This document shows, piece by piece, positions 13,248 through 24,833 of a stretch of 64,000 nt of DNA. Every line of letters starts with the position of its first letter. Within the stretch, counting starts at the first letter, position 1. This stretch comes from Macrostomum hystrix (Eukaryota > Animalia > Platyhelminthes). The translations under genes were made by a program, and so were the position numbers. Below the pieces are notes generated by a model. The model saw nothing but the letters and a program-made list of their open reading frames with translations, did not search any database and had not been told where the DNA came from. The stretch is from NCBI GenBank assembly GCA_950097015.1, contig CATNEN010000007.1, positions 8,990,001 through 9,054,000 of the forward strand, given 5' to 3'.

Positions 13248-16200
13248 AACTCGAACTTGGGGGAAGCTTTTCCGAAGAGAGCTAAATAAAATAGCAAACT
13301 AGTTGGTGGGTGAGGCCAGGTCTGAAAAACGGAACGATTCATGCAAAAGATAAGATTAGATAAAATTGCACCGAGGCGTCTGGCTTTCCTCTCTTCTGCG
13401 TGAATTCATAAACTGGCCCGCATTGCCATTGGCCCTGCAGGCTGCCAGCGAGCGATTGGGCCGCGCCCAGTGCCCGTCCAGAGCCAGCCATCGTACTCGT
13501 GTCACAGCAGAGCTGCTCTGTGCCTCACAACTTGCTGAAATATTATTCACCAATTATGGCGTGACAAAATTCATTGCGTGATTAAAACAAAATCCAAGGC
13601 ATAGGATCTCATAGAGACGTACATAATAACGGAAAGTCGAGGACTTTCCTGCATCAGTGAAGCATCATTCGCCATTTCCGCACACATCTCGGGTGCCCGA
13701 TGCTGTCTCTACCGCAGAGTCCAAGATCCATTGAGTGCGTGTTTATTTGCTGTTCGCTATGCGTAAAGTGATACCCACTCTGTTTCCGCCCGCCACTCTG
13801 CGCTGGTCCTCGACTGTTGACTCTTCACTCACGAGTAATTCGATGCGGCCTCGCTCACTCCACGTCTCCTTCTCCCACGTTCATCTGGACACTTGTTGTT
13901 CTGCTGGAGTTTCTGCGAAGTTTCTTCGGCTAGTAAAAGAGAGTGTGTGTATGAAGGGCCAAGTGCCTAGAAATTACGAGATTATTCCATCCACTGTGCT
14001 ATTTTCAATAGATACCTGCAGCCCAGCTCTCCTTGAGCGAATGTGTGCGATTGCGGGTGTTGATTTATCAAGGTCTTACAAGACTCGACCTGAATACCGA
14101 CGCCAATGTAAATGCGCTAGGCCCCTCAAACTATTCGATAATATTAATTTCATGGACATTCATAAAGTTGTATCATATAATACGCTCGAAGTTCAGCGAC
14201 TTTCTGTCGTGAGCAATTTACAATTTACAATTAAATTTAGCTAACCCAGTGTAATTTGCCCCCCCCCTGGCCGAAAACGGATGCCTGGCAGCTTTGCTTT
14301 AAGCCGCTAATGCTCGTAATGTCTTCATTTTGCTTATTAATTGAGCAGCAAAGCATCTTGTCCAATACTGATTGCATGGTTTCTGTGCTAAAACCCTTTT
14401 GTTTCCGATTGCAATAGCCCGTATGTGTGGCCCTAAAAACTTACGCGTGAACTTACGCAGGCATCGGCCAGGCATGATCACTGTGCTATCCTCCAACTGA
14501 ATAGTTTGAGTCCTATAATGATGAGCTTATGTTGAGCTAATTTGTCCTGGAATGGGCATATCCGAGCAAAATTTATCGGCTGTGGAACGGAAAGGAAAGG
14601 CCGATGACCACCCGCCTAAGCAGACTTTGCCAGGCTTTGGTCTAATTAGCATTTGGAGCATGCTTTAGCTGCGACTGCAAGCCAATGTGAAAGCGCACAT
14701 TTTATGAACCCACCTTTGCTCCCAAAATTAAATGAGGCCACGCATTATATTTTGAAACTGATCATAAAAATAAAAGTATAAGCCAAATGCGTCATAAGCC
14801 CGTCACTAATTTTGAGTCTCTACTGAAAACTCGCAACATTTTTATCGCAGCTATTAATGCGAAGAGATTATACAGATGCATAGAAAAGCTAATTATTGTT
14901 CAAACTATGCAGATAAAACTGGCGAAATCTAATTGAATAATTATCTGTTCTTGGTTTTTAGTCTCATCACTTAACAGTTGAAATACCACGCTGTCTCCCC
15001 CCTGAGAAAAGACCGGGGTATTTAAAATACCCACTGCCTACTATCGCGATGGTTCCAAACCGAATGACCGATTTTTGTGAAAGTCCACCATCTCAATCAA
15101 AATTTTCCGCTCTTTACGATGAACTTTATCAAAGTCGTCCGAGTCGGCATCGTCATTTTCTCATCATCTTGTATCACGCTCATCACGATCACCTTGATCT
15201 TGCGCGAGAGTCATGTAATTTTTGCAACTTGAGTTTTGTGCTATCCACGAATCCAAACGGTCGAATTGTTAAATTATAACATATTTTAACAATATTATAA
15301 CAATTTTTGGGTATCAAATTCAGTAAATGCAGACACAGAGCGAGGGCTTAAATTATCAGACGAGTTAATCTAAATTTCGAATCAATCAAAATATAAATAT
15401 TCTGAATTAGTTCCGATCCGTGTTCTTTATTTTATCATTGGGAGTCGGAAAATTAGGATCAGTCGCGCTACCTCGTTCATCACTTCTGTTATTTTTGGCG
15501 CTGCTACTATTGAAACGATTGGTAGGACACCGACCCCTGTAATAGACAATAGCGCCTTGCTTTAGATCGTTTTACTCTCCAGTGAGGTTTTTTAGTGAAT
15601 ATTTGTCAAATTTTGCTATAGTTAATTATATAATGTCATTAATGTCTATATGTGCATCATACAATGAAAATATTTTAACAAGCTTGGATTTAAAATACTC
15701 CAATACTTCAATGATATACCTTTATCCTTACTTACGAAGAGTAAAGAAGTTAGAGTGAAGTTAAAGGCTCATTCTAACTGCCATCAAATATAACTCCTTT
15801 TAGTATACATTTGAGTGATTTCCAAATTACCGTAAATAAAAGAAATTAGAAGCACATGATTTGGCCTCAATTGACGGCTGTGTGAAAAAGCCTTTATTGC
15901 AGTACTACTCAATAAGATTTTATTTTGGGTTCCAGGTTTACCTCACTTTAACAACATCTTTCCACAAGAGACTCCGAATTATAAAAAGCAATTACTGCAG
16001 GTTGAAAAAAAAACAGAAAAAAAAATTAGCTAAACATTTTTATGCTTTTTTGTTTCGAATTTTTCATAAACAATTATAAACAATGTAACTTTCAATTGCG
16101 ATGTTAAAAAATGTGTGAATTCATATAATTTTTTACTATTCAAGCTCAAAAATCGTACGGTGTCTTAATTAAAATCTTCCTATCTCTGACGAACAGCTAT

Positions 16201-17162
16201 TAAACAGAACAATAAAATGCACTAAAATGAAAAGCAATATTGGATATAAAAAAATGAATGTGATAAATTGGCTGAAACAAAGTTTTCCTTATATATTTCC
16301 AATATTTTTTTCACTTTGATTATCTACAAGTTATTTCTTATTATAGGATTCTCATATATTGCAATAAAACATTTAATTTGAATAAAAATTTTAATAAAAA
16401 ATATTTACATTTTGGTACATTCTGGTTAATAGTTAAAAGCAAAGTGTTTAACTCAAACATATTCCTGTATATGGTTATTATTTTTATGTAATATTTTTGT
16501 AAGCAAAAAAAGTTATTTTAATGGAGGAGGAGTGGGTAAAAACTAAAATTAGATCTCGAGGCCTGCAGATGGTTAGCATTGTCAGCAACAAATTATCACA
16601 GTTTCTAGTAATTTAAAGGAATAATTTTAATACATGTATTTTGACTCTTGAGATACTGATAAAAAGTAATATATACTTTTCTCATGTATATATATTGATT
16701 ATGATATGTAACAAAAATTTTAGACTTTTAATAACTTTGCTATTCATAAAATAATGAGTAATTGTCAGAAATGTAATGATGCTATCACAACTAAAATATG
16801 GTAGCAACTAATAGGCTTTATATGTATAGCATGGTGTCTCTAAATATTATAAATTAATTACATAAAGAATTATTATTATAAACAAAACAAAGATGCAATA
16901 TTAGAACTTTTTTGACAAAATTAATTAATTATTAAAATGAGCATCTATAGATTTTTCAAATTTATGGAAAATACTGATCTAGATTACTTATCCTCTCATA
17001 GTTTACTATGGATTACTACCTCTTCTTTTAGTATATTTCAATGTACTTGTGTCTCTGTAATATGTTTCTCTTATCTAGTTATAGAGTAAAAAGCAATAAA
17101 TTTTACTACAATAATAACTTAACTTAAAAAAATTTCCCACAGCCAAAAAACTATCTATAAGC

Positions 17163-18270
17163 ATGAGCACAGACACATCGACAGATGCAGTTCTAGCCGC
17201 CCAACTGGCTCAAATGGAGGTAGTTGGCTCAGGGGCTGAGCATCCACAGGTGGCACAGTTGCCAGTGCACCAGCAGCAACACAGAGACCTGCTGCCAGAG
17301 CAGCTAGCTAAGCTCCGTTCTGATCTGGACATTGTGCAGAAGAATGTCACGGTGAGACTGTTTTAGATTTAAAGATGATAAATGAGGGTCAGATGTTCAG
17401 CCAGATGCAGGTATAGCACGGCGCTACCAAAAGCTGTGTACAGAATTTCAGTCCATCGACTGAACAGGCCACTTCAACCACCCTATTACCACTACAGCTG
17501 ATGCTGGTACCCATTTCATAGGCGGGTGAACTAGGGACCTCCCGGTAGTAGCTAGCTTTAGCTTTAACCTACTGGGCTAAAAGTTCCCTCCAGTAAGTTA
17601 AGAAAGTCGAAGGCAAAGTTCGTGCTGCCAGCGAGCCAATCCTTGTTCACAAATTTCTCGCCAGGTGTTCGCTGAGATGCTGGCTGAACAGACCGACCCG
17701 GCCGCAATTCCGGAGCCCGATTCCCGCCTGCTGAGCGACCTGGCGCGCACGAACCAGCAGATGCAGGGCCGCATGATGGAACTGATTGGCTACCTGGGCG
17801 CCGTCATCGGTGCCAGCGGTGCCGGCAGCGCGTCGGAGGGTTCCGGCCTGCTGCTGGAGGACCTGCTGCGCCTTAACGACCAGCTGAACGACTCGATGCG
17901 TCGATTCGACAGGCTGCGCCGGGCCTGGCACGACCTGGCCGGCGGCTCCTTCAACCCGATGTTCGACCTGGCAGCCGAGTCAGCCGCCGCCGCCGAACCG
18001 CCAGCTTTGCATCCGCCGTCAGCGGCCGCGCAAGCCTCGCGTCATCCTCCCCCGGTGGCGAATCCAGCGCCGGATTGTCAGTCGCCATCGAAGAACCCGC
18101 CGCTTCCTGCCACCTCCGGCGCAGCCAACCCGGGCGGCCTGCCGGACTCGGAGAAGGAGCTGGCCGAGATGGAGACCTGGATGGGCGACGCAGGTTTGTT
18201 GGCCGACCAAGGCGCGGCACCGAAGCCCAAAGCAGAAAATGAGTCGGCAGTCAAGCACGAACCGCAGTGA
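17163..18270 (+). CDS. TOM1/TOM1L-like GAT-domain endosomal adaptor (2 visible exons; N-terminal VHS exons not found)
   Basis: Exon 17163-17351 (PEQLAKLRSDLDIVQKNVT|gtgaga) joins 17665-18270 (VFAEML..LARTNQQMQGRMMELI..LLEDLLRLNDQLNDSMRRFDR), matching the TOM1-family GAT domain. The C-terminal EMETWM resembles the TOM1 IExWL motif. A possible acceptor at 17142 (cccacag) suggests further upstream exons. Confidence 0.75.
17395..17550 (-). mobile_element. Diverged SINE fragment in the TOM1-like intron
   Basis: Reverse complement contains AAATGGGTACCAGCATCAGCTG..CAGTCGATGGACTGAA, shared with the SINE bodies at 54.5 and 57.4 kb. Confidence 0.55.
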
Positions 18271-18855
18271 GGTTTCATTGTGCCATGGATTGAGCAGGGC
18301 GAGCGCATTGTTAGGCAGATATTTGTCGCGAGCTCTACACGGCCTGTTTACCATTTTTGAAAGGTAAAGACGTACGCTCTCTGCATGCACTCTTGCCCAG
18401 TTGCTGACATCTTCTGTCTCATTTTCACAATCACGTTTGGCTTCTGCTAGTAAGCGCGCGAGTTTTCTTCCTAACGATTACTGGAAAGGCAATCGACAGT
18501 ATTCAGATAAAGCTGTCCAGGCTTTCTTCTTTATTTAAGCACTTATATTTTTAGTTGGTAGAGACCAGGACCAGGTAGAGTGGATTATAGATTAGGGCAC
18601 TTAAACTGGCCATCGCTTCATTACCGGCAATATTTATGCATCATTGCAAAAACGGCGTCACAATGTACTTTTATTCACCCTGCTTAGATTGCTCGTGCTG
18701 CACTTTGCACCGCTGAGTCGAAAATATTTCAATTGTACATTTTAAAAGTACATAGAAAATTGCTTATTTTTGTGTTTATGTGAAAGGCCTGATTGTTTGC
18801 AGCTTATTCACTCGCTGAGTCGATGGCTTTAATTAAGATTTCTGTTTAATTATTC

Positions 18856-18870
18856 GTTGCCATTGACAAC
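18856..18870. promoter_or_regulatory. RFX X-box-like motif GTTGCCATTGACAAC upstream of TBC1D32
   Basis: Near-palindromic match to the X-box consensus GTNRCC-N(0-3)-RGYAAC, ~680 bp upstream of a ciliary gene ATG. Confidence 0.6.
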
Positions 18871-19114
18871 GGATGATAGAGGAGGCCAGTCATCACCACG
18901 GAGTTAAAGAATGAAAATTTTAGTTATCATCACGTCAGTTTTTGGCGTCATCTATTTTCTTTTAAAGAAAGCAAAGCTACATCTGATAACCTCTTACTAT
19001 CCAGTTAAATAAATAAAGTTGAAACTAAATCTGCTGAACTACTTCTTAAAAGTACGAGTATCTTGGTTTTTCTATTATTTGCGTTGACGTGTGCTTTCTT
19101 TAAAAAATCAGGTT

Positions 19115-19415
19115 GTTTTGAGAAGCTCATAGTCTGTTTTGAGTAGCTCATAGCCTGTTTGAGTAGCTCATAGTCTGTTTGAGTAGCTCATAGCCTGTTT
19201 TGAGTAGCTCATAGTCTGTTTTGAGTAGCCCATAGCCTGTTTTGAGCAGCTCATCGTCTGTTTTGAGTAGCCCATAGCCTGTTTTGAGCAGCTCATAGGC
19301 TGTTTTCAGTAGCTCATAGTCTGTTTTGAGTAGCTCATAGTCTGTTTTGAGTAGCTCATAGTCTGTTTTGAGTAGCTCATAGTCTGTTTTGAGGAGCTTA
19401 TGGGCTGTTTTGATT
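19115..19415. repeat. 21-bp minisatellite (GAGTAGCTCATAGTCTGTTTT)n
   Basis: About 14 tandem copies between the X-box and the TBC1D32 start. Confidence 0.95.
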
Positions 19416-19545
19416 AATGAGCTCAACAGTTATCAGATTGCAGAAATTCCACAATATTGTCTACATGAAATCCGATTCCAGTGGCAAGTATTTGCGCTGC
19501 GAGCCACTGCAAATTCCCAGGCCCGCCAACATTAAAATATTTCTA

Positions 19546-22500
19546 ATGCAGGCAGCCGCCGACAAGCTTGAAGGTGAGGCGCTGAGCTCCTGCCTGCGCC
19601 AGCTGGTGGTCAACTGCGAGCCGCTTCTAAGGGAGGCCTCCGGTCAGGAGCAGGTGGACGAGATCCTGCAGCACCTAGAGGAGAATGACGAGAACTTTCA
19701 CAAGTCAGCACAGCTTTTTAGGGAGCCCGATCATTCAGTACATCGTCCAGCTTATCCTGATCATTCAGTACATCGTCCAGCTTATCCTGATCCTTCAGTA
19801 CATCGTCCAGCTTATCCTGATCCTTCAGTACATCGTCCAGCTTATCCTGATCCTTCAGTACATCGTCCAGCTTATCCTGATCCTTCAGTACATCGTCCAG
19901 CTTATCCTGATCCTTCAGTACATCGTCCAGCTTATCCTGATCCTTCAGTACATCGTCCAGCTTATCCTGATCCTTCAGTACATCGTCCAGCTTATCCTGA
20001 TCCTTCAGTACATCGTCCAGCTTATCCTGATCCTTCAGTACATCGTCCAGCTTATCCTGATCCTTCAGTACATCGTCCAGCTTATCCTGATCCTTCAGTA
20101 CATCGTCCAGGTTATCCTGATCCTTCAGTACATCGTCCAGGTTATCCTGATCCTTCAGTACATCGTCCAGGTTATCCTGATCCTTCAGTACATTGTCCAG
20201 CTCACCCTGATCATTCAGTACATCTTCCGTTATTTGTTTTTTTATTTTTTCCAAGAAAAATCACCAAGGTCACTTCTTTCGCCAACGCAGATACGAGCTC
20301 GTCAAAGCGCTTCGTCAGCGGCTCAACCAGGTGATCGAGCCGCTAATTGATGAAGAGGAGCAGATGCTCAGCGTCAGCCGACCGCGGGTTGACGAAAGCG
20401 GCGACATCATCGACAGCATCACGGAGCGGATCTTCAACTCCGACGAGTGAGTGCGAATTTTTCATTCAGTTGAGTCTCATGAATTTTGGTGGGACAGCTG
20501 GCTCTCTCACATGAAGTGTAACGGGGACAGCTGGCTCTCTCACATGAAGTGTAACGGGGACAGCTGGCTCTCTCACATGAAGTGTAACGGGGGACAGCTG
20601 GCTCTCTCACATGAAGTGTAACGGGGACAGCTGGCTCTCTCACATGAAGTGTAACGGGGACAGCTGGCTCTCTCACATGAAGTGTAACGGGGGACAGCTG
20701 GCTCTCTCACATGAAGTGTAACGGGGACAGCTGGCTCTCTCACATGAAGTGTAACGGGGACAGCTGGCTCTCTCACATGAAGTGTAACGGGGACAGCTGG
20801 CCCTCTCACATGAAGTGTAACGGGGACAGCTGGCTCTCTCACATGAAGTGTAACGGGGACAGCTGGCTCTCTCACATGAAGTGTAACGGGGACAGCTGGC
20901 TCTCTCACATGAAGTGTAACGGGGACAGCTGGCTCTCTCACATGAAGTGTAACGGGGACAGCTGGCTCTCTCACATGAAGTGTAACGGGGACAGCTGGCC
21001 CTCTCACATGAAGTGTAACGGGGACAGCTGGCTCTCTCACATGAAGTGTAACGGGGACAGCTGGCTCTCTCACATGAAGTGTAACGGGGACAGCTGGCTC
21101 TCTCACATGAAGTGTAACGGGGACAGCTGGCTCTCTCACATGAAGTGTAACGGGGACAGCTGGCTCTCTCACATGAAGTGTAACGGGGACAGCTGGCTCT
21201 CTCACATGAAGTGTAACGGGGACAGCTGGCTCTCTCACATGAAGTGTAACGGGGACAGCTGGCTCTCTCACATGAAGTGTAACGGGGACAGCTGGCTCTC
21301 TCACATGAAGTGTAACGGGGACAGCTGGCTCTCTCACATGAAGTGTAACGGGGGACAGCTGGCTCTCTCACATGAAGTGTAACGGGGACAGCTGGCTCTC
21401 TCACATGAAGTGTAACGGGGACAGCTGGCTCTCTCACATGAAGTGTAACGGGGGACAGCTGGCTCTCTCACATGAAGTGTAACGGGGACAGCTGGCTCTC
21501 TCACATGAAGTGTAACGGGGACAGCTGGCTCTCTCACATGAAGTGTAACGGGGACAGCTGGCCCTCTCACATGAAGTGTAACGGGGACAGCTGGCTCTCT
21601 CACATGAAGTGTAACGGGGACAGCTGGCTCTCTCACATGAAGTGTAACGGGGACAGCTGGCTCTCTCACATGAAGTGTAACGGGGACAGCTGGCTCTCTC
21701 ACATGAAGTGTAACGGGGACAGCTGGCTCTCTCACATGAAGTGTAACGGGGACAGCTGGCTCTCTCACATGAAGTGTAACGGGGGACAGCTGGCTCTCTC
21801 ACATGAAGTGTAACGGGGACAGCTGGCTCTCTCACATGAAGTGTAACGGGGACAGCTGGCTCTCTCACATGAAGTGTAACGGGGACAGCTGGCTCTCTCA
21901 CATGAAGTGTAACGGGGACAGCTGGCTCTCTCACATGAAGTGTAACGGGGACAGCTGGCTCTCTCACATGAAGTGTAACGGGGACAGCTGGCTCTCTCAC
22001 ATGAAGTGTAACGGGGACAGCTGGCCCTCTCACATGAAGTGTAACGGGGACAGCTGGCTCTCTCACATGAAGTGTAACGGGGACAGCTGGCTCTCTCACA
22101 TGAAGTGTAACGGGGACAGCTGGCTCTCTCACATGAAGTGTAACGGGGACAGCTGGCCCTCTCACATGAAGTGTAACGGGGACAGCTGGCTCTCTCACAT
22201 GAAGTGTAACGGGGACAGCTGGCTCTCTCACATGAAGTGTAACGGGGACAGCTGGCTCTCTCACATGAAGTGTAACGGGGACAGCTGGCAAAAATCAATT
22301 TCCCTTACAGATTTAAGCTTCTCTGTGATCGTCTGAAGTCTCAGGTGGCCAGCCGGGTGGACATCATGTTGAAAAACTTCGACGAAGAGTTCAGCAACCG
22401 GCAGTCGCTGCAGCCAGAGCCAAGCGCTGGCTACGCCGCCAAGCAGAGCTTCAGCTGGAGCGACGTAGATTCGACCTTCAGCTCACTGAACCAGACAAGC

Positions 22501-23172
22501 CTAACCTTCATGAGCAACGAGCAGTTCGGCAAGATTTGCCAGAGCCTGGACAAGCAGCGGGATGTCCCGGCCAGGCGGGAAGCAATGTCCAAGCTTTGCC
22601 AGACATCGGCGATCAACCAGAGCTACGACAGCTGGCTGATCCTGGAGAGGCCCCTGCTCGACGCCCTGTGCGATCCCGACGAGACCCTCTCCGGCCTGGC
22701 GCTGCGCTTCCTGTCGAAGGGTTTCGCAGTGACGTCACCGAATGTGGGCTACATGTACACCCTGCTGTGCCGCTACCTGCGCCTGCAGTTCACCGGAGAC
22801 GAGCACCCTGCTACACCCTTGCCCCGCCTCAGCGATGTCCTCGTTGTCAATGACGCCGCTAGGTTGCTTAGGGCGGTAAGTAAAGCATTTTTATGTGCAA
22901 TTGTTTTGTCCACACCGAATTTTATATATATATTTTAAATTTTAGTTTCGTCTGCTCAACGAGTTTCAGCAACGAATTCCCCAGTTCTGGGTTCGCTACT
23001 CCGAGAAGTGAGTCATTTTGTTTGTTTGTTTGTTTGTTTGTTTGTTTGTTTGTTTGTTTGTTTGGTCGTGTTGGTTAGTCAGTTTGCTTGTTTATTCGCT
23101 GATAAGAAAATGCTTAAAAACTCGCAGGTTTTTAGATAAAGTCCTGGACAGCACAGTCTCCCTGTTGTCAGT

Positions 23173-23204
<32 letters not shown>

Positions 23205-24796
23205 TGACGCCGATGCACTTTCTGGCTTTGCTGGACCCGCGCGCAGTGTGGCTGACGAAGTGGTTGCACGGCAGCTACAGCCGCGAGCCGCTGCTGGGCC
23301 TTCTGTCGCAGCGCAAGTACCTTTGCGTGTTCGCTGACTCTGTTCGGCACTGCCTGCGCTTCCTGCTGGCCGCCACAGCAGCACCGAGTTCGGCCGCCGG
23401 GGCGATGCAGGACCGGCAGGCGCGCGAGGCCGAGAGCGCCCAGCTGGAGCGGCAGATGCTGCGCCAGATGAACCTGGCTGGTGGTGGCGGCCGGCTGGTG
23501 TACACAGGGGCTCAGTTGGACTATCTGCAATTTGTGCACTGCCTGCTGCTGGTCACGCGGCTGATGCACTATGCTCGCGGCAGGGCCATGTTCCCCGTGA
23601 CAGATGGCGACGGTGAGAATCCCTATAAGAATTGTTTCCAAAGCAGTCAATAATAGCCCGGCCTTCCATCCTTCCAGCCCAGGTCACGTGCTCAAAGTTT
23701 GCAGTCGCCATGGTGAGGTTTCTACAGACCTACAGGCGGCAGCCGGTGGGCAAGAAGGGTGAGTCCGGGACTGTGGGGATTTTGCAGTTAAGCGAGATTA
23801 TTGTGGTAGATTAAGATCTAGAGCAGAATGTGGGAAAATCAACGGTTATGAGCAGTCAGAATTAGGATTGTAAACATATCTAGTATTATGAGCATATCTA
23901 GAATTATGAGCAGATCTAGGACTATGAGCATATCTAGAATTATGAGCAGATCTAGGATTATGAGCAGATCTAGGACTATGAGCATATCTAGAATTATGAG
24001 CAGATCTAGGACTATGAGCATATCTAGAATTATGAGCAGATCTAGGATTATGAGCAGATCTAGGACTATGAGCATATCTAGAATTATGAGCAGATCTAGG
24101 ATTATGAGCAGATCTAGGACTATGAGCATATCTAGAATTATGAGCAGATCTAGGACTATGAGCATATCTAGAATTATGAGCAGATCTAGGATTATGAGCA
24201 GTTCTAAGACTATAAGCAGTCGGGATCTCCTTCCAGGCTTGCTGGAGCCGTCCGCCCTGGTCAAGGACGCTCTTGTTCGCTTGGCCTCGAACAGCCAGAG
24301 CTGCGCCGCCAGCCTCTGCAACGATGAGGTCGCCGCTGCCCTTCTGCAGCCGCTGGTCGACCGCATGATGGCCTGCGACAGGCGGCAGAGGCGCCCGGCG
24401 GCCGCCTCCGACGACGCAGCCGACGGGGCCATTCAGAGTGTCGCCGACGTCATCAGCGCCATGGCGGCCACAGCGCCCGGCCTGAAATTCCTGCTGCAGA
24501 ATTCCTCAGCACTGGATGAGTGCGTGGGCCTTGGAAGATGTTAAGCTTCAATTTGATGGAGAGATATAAAAATATAAGTGGCAGGCTTAGAGTTTTGATT
24601 GAACGCTTTCATCTCTGCCGAGTGAGTGAGTGGCAATGATGTGTTTAGGAGTGAGCGGCAGAGCGGTTAACGCGTTTGCCTCTCCCACCAAGGTCCCTGA
24701 GCTCGGTGCAGACGCGCACACATGTGTGAGTGTGTGCCTTAGTACAGTATCTGTGTGCGATTGCCTGCAGCCCTCTTGCAATTATTATTTTTATTA

Positions 24797-24833
<37 letters not shown>

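Noticed and set aside
13735-14244. 169-aa ORF upstream of the nephrin-like gene
   Set aside because: Non-ATG start, no recognisable motifs and non-coding-like composition.
15550-17160. Mitochondrial insertion (NUMT)
   Set aside because: AT-rich, but no recognisable mitochondrial protein, rRNA or tRNA signature by eye; a BLAST would be needed to exclude it fully.
20491-22289. CRISPR-like array of 33-bp repeats
   Set aside because: Head-to-tail units with no unique spacers, inside a eukaryotic intron, and no cas genes.
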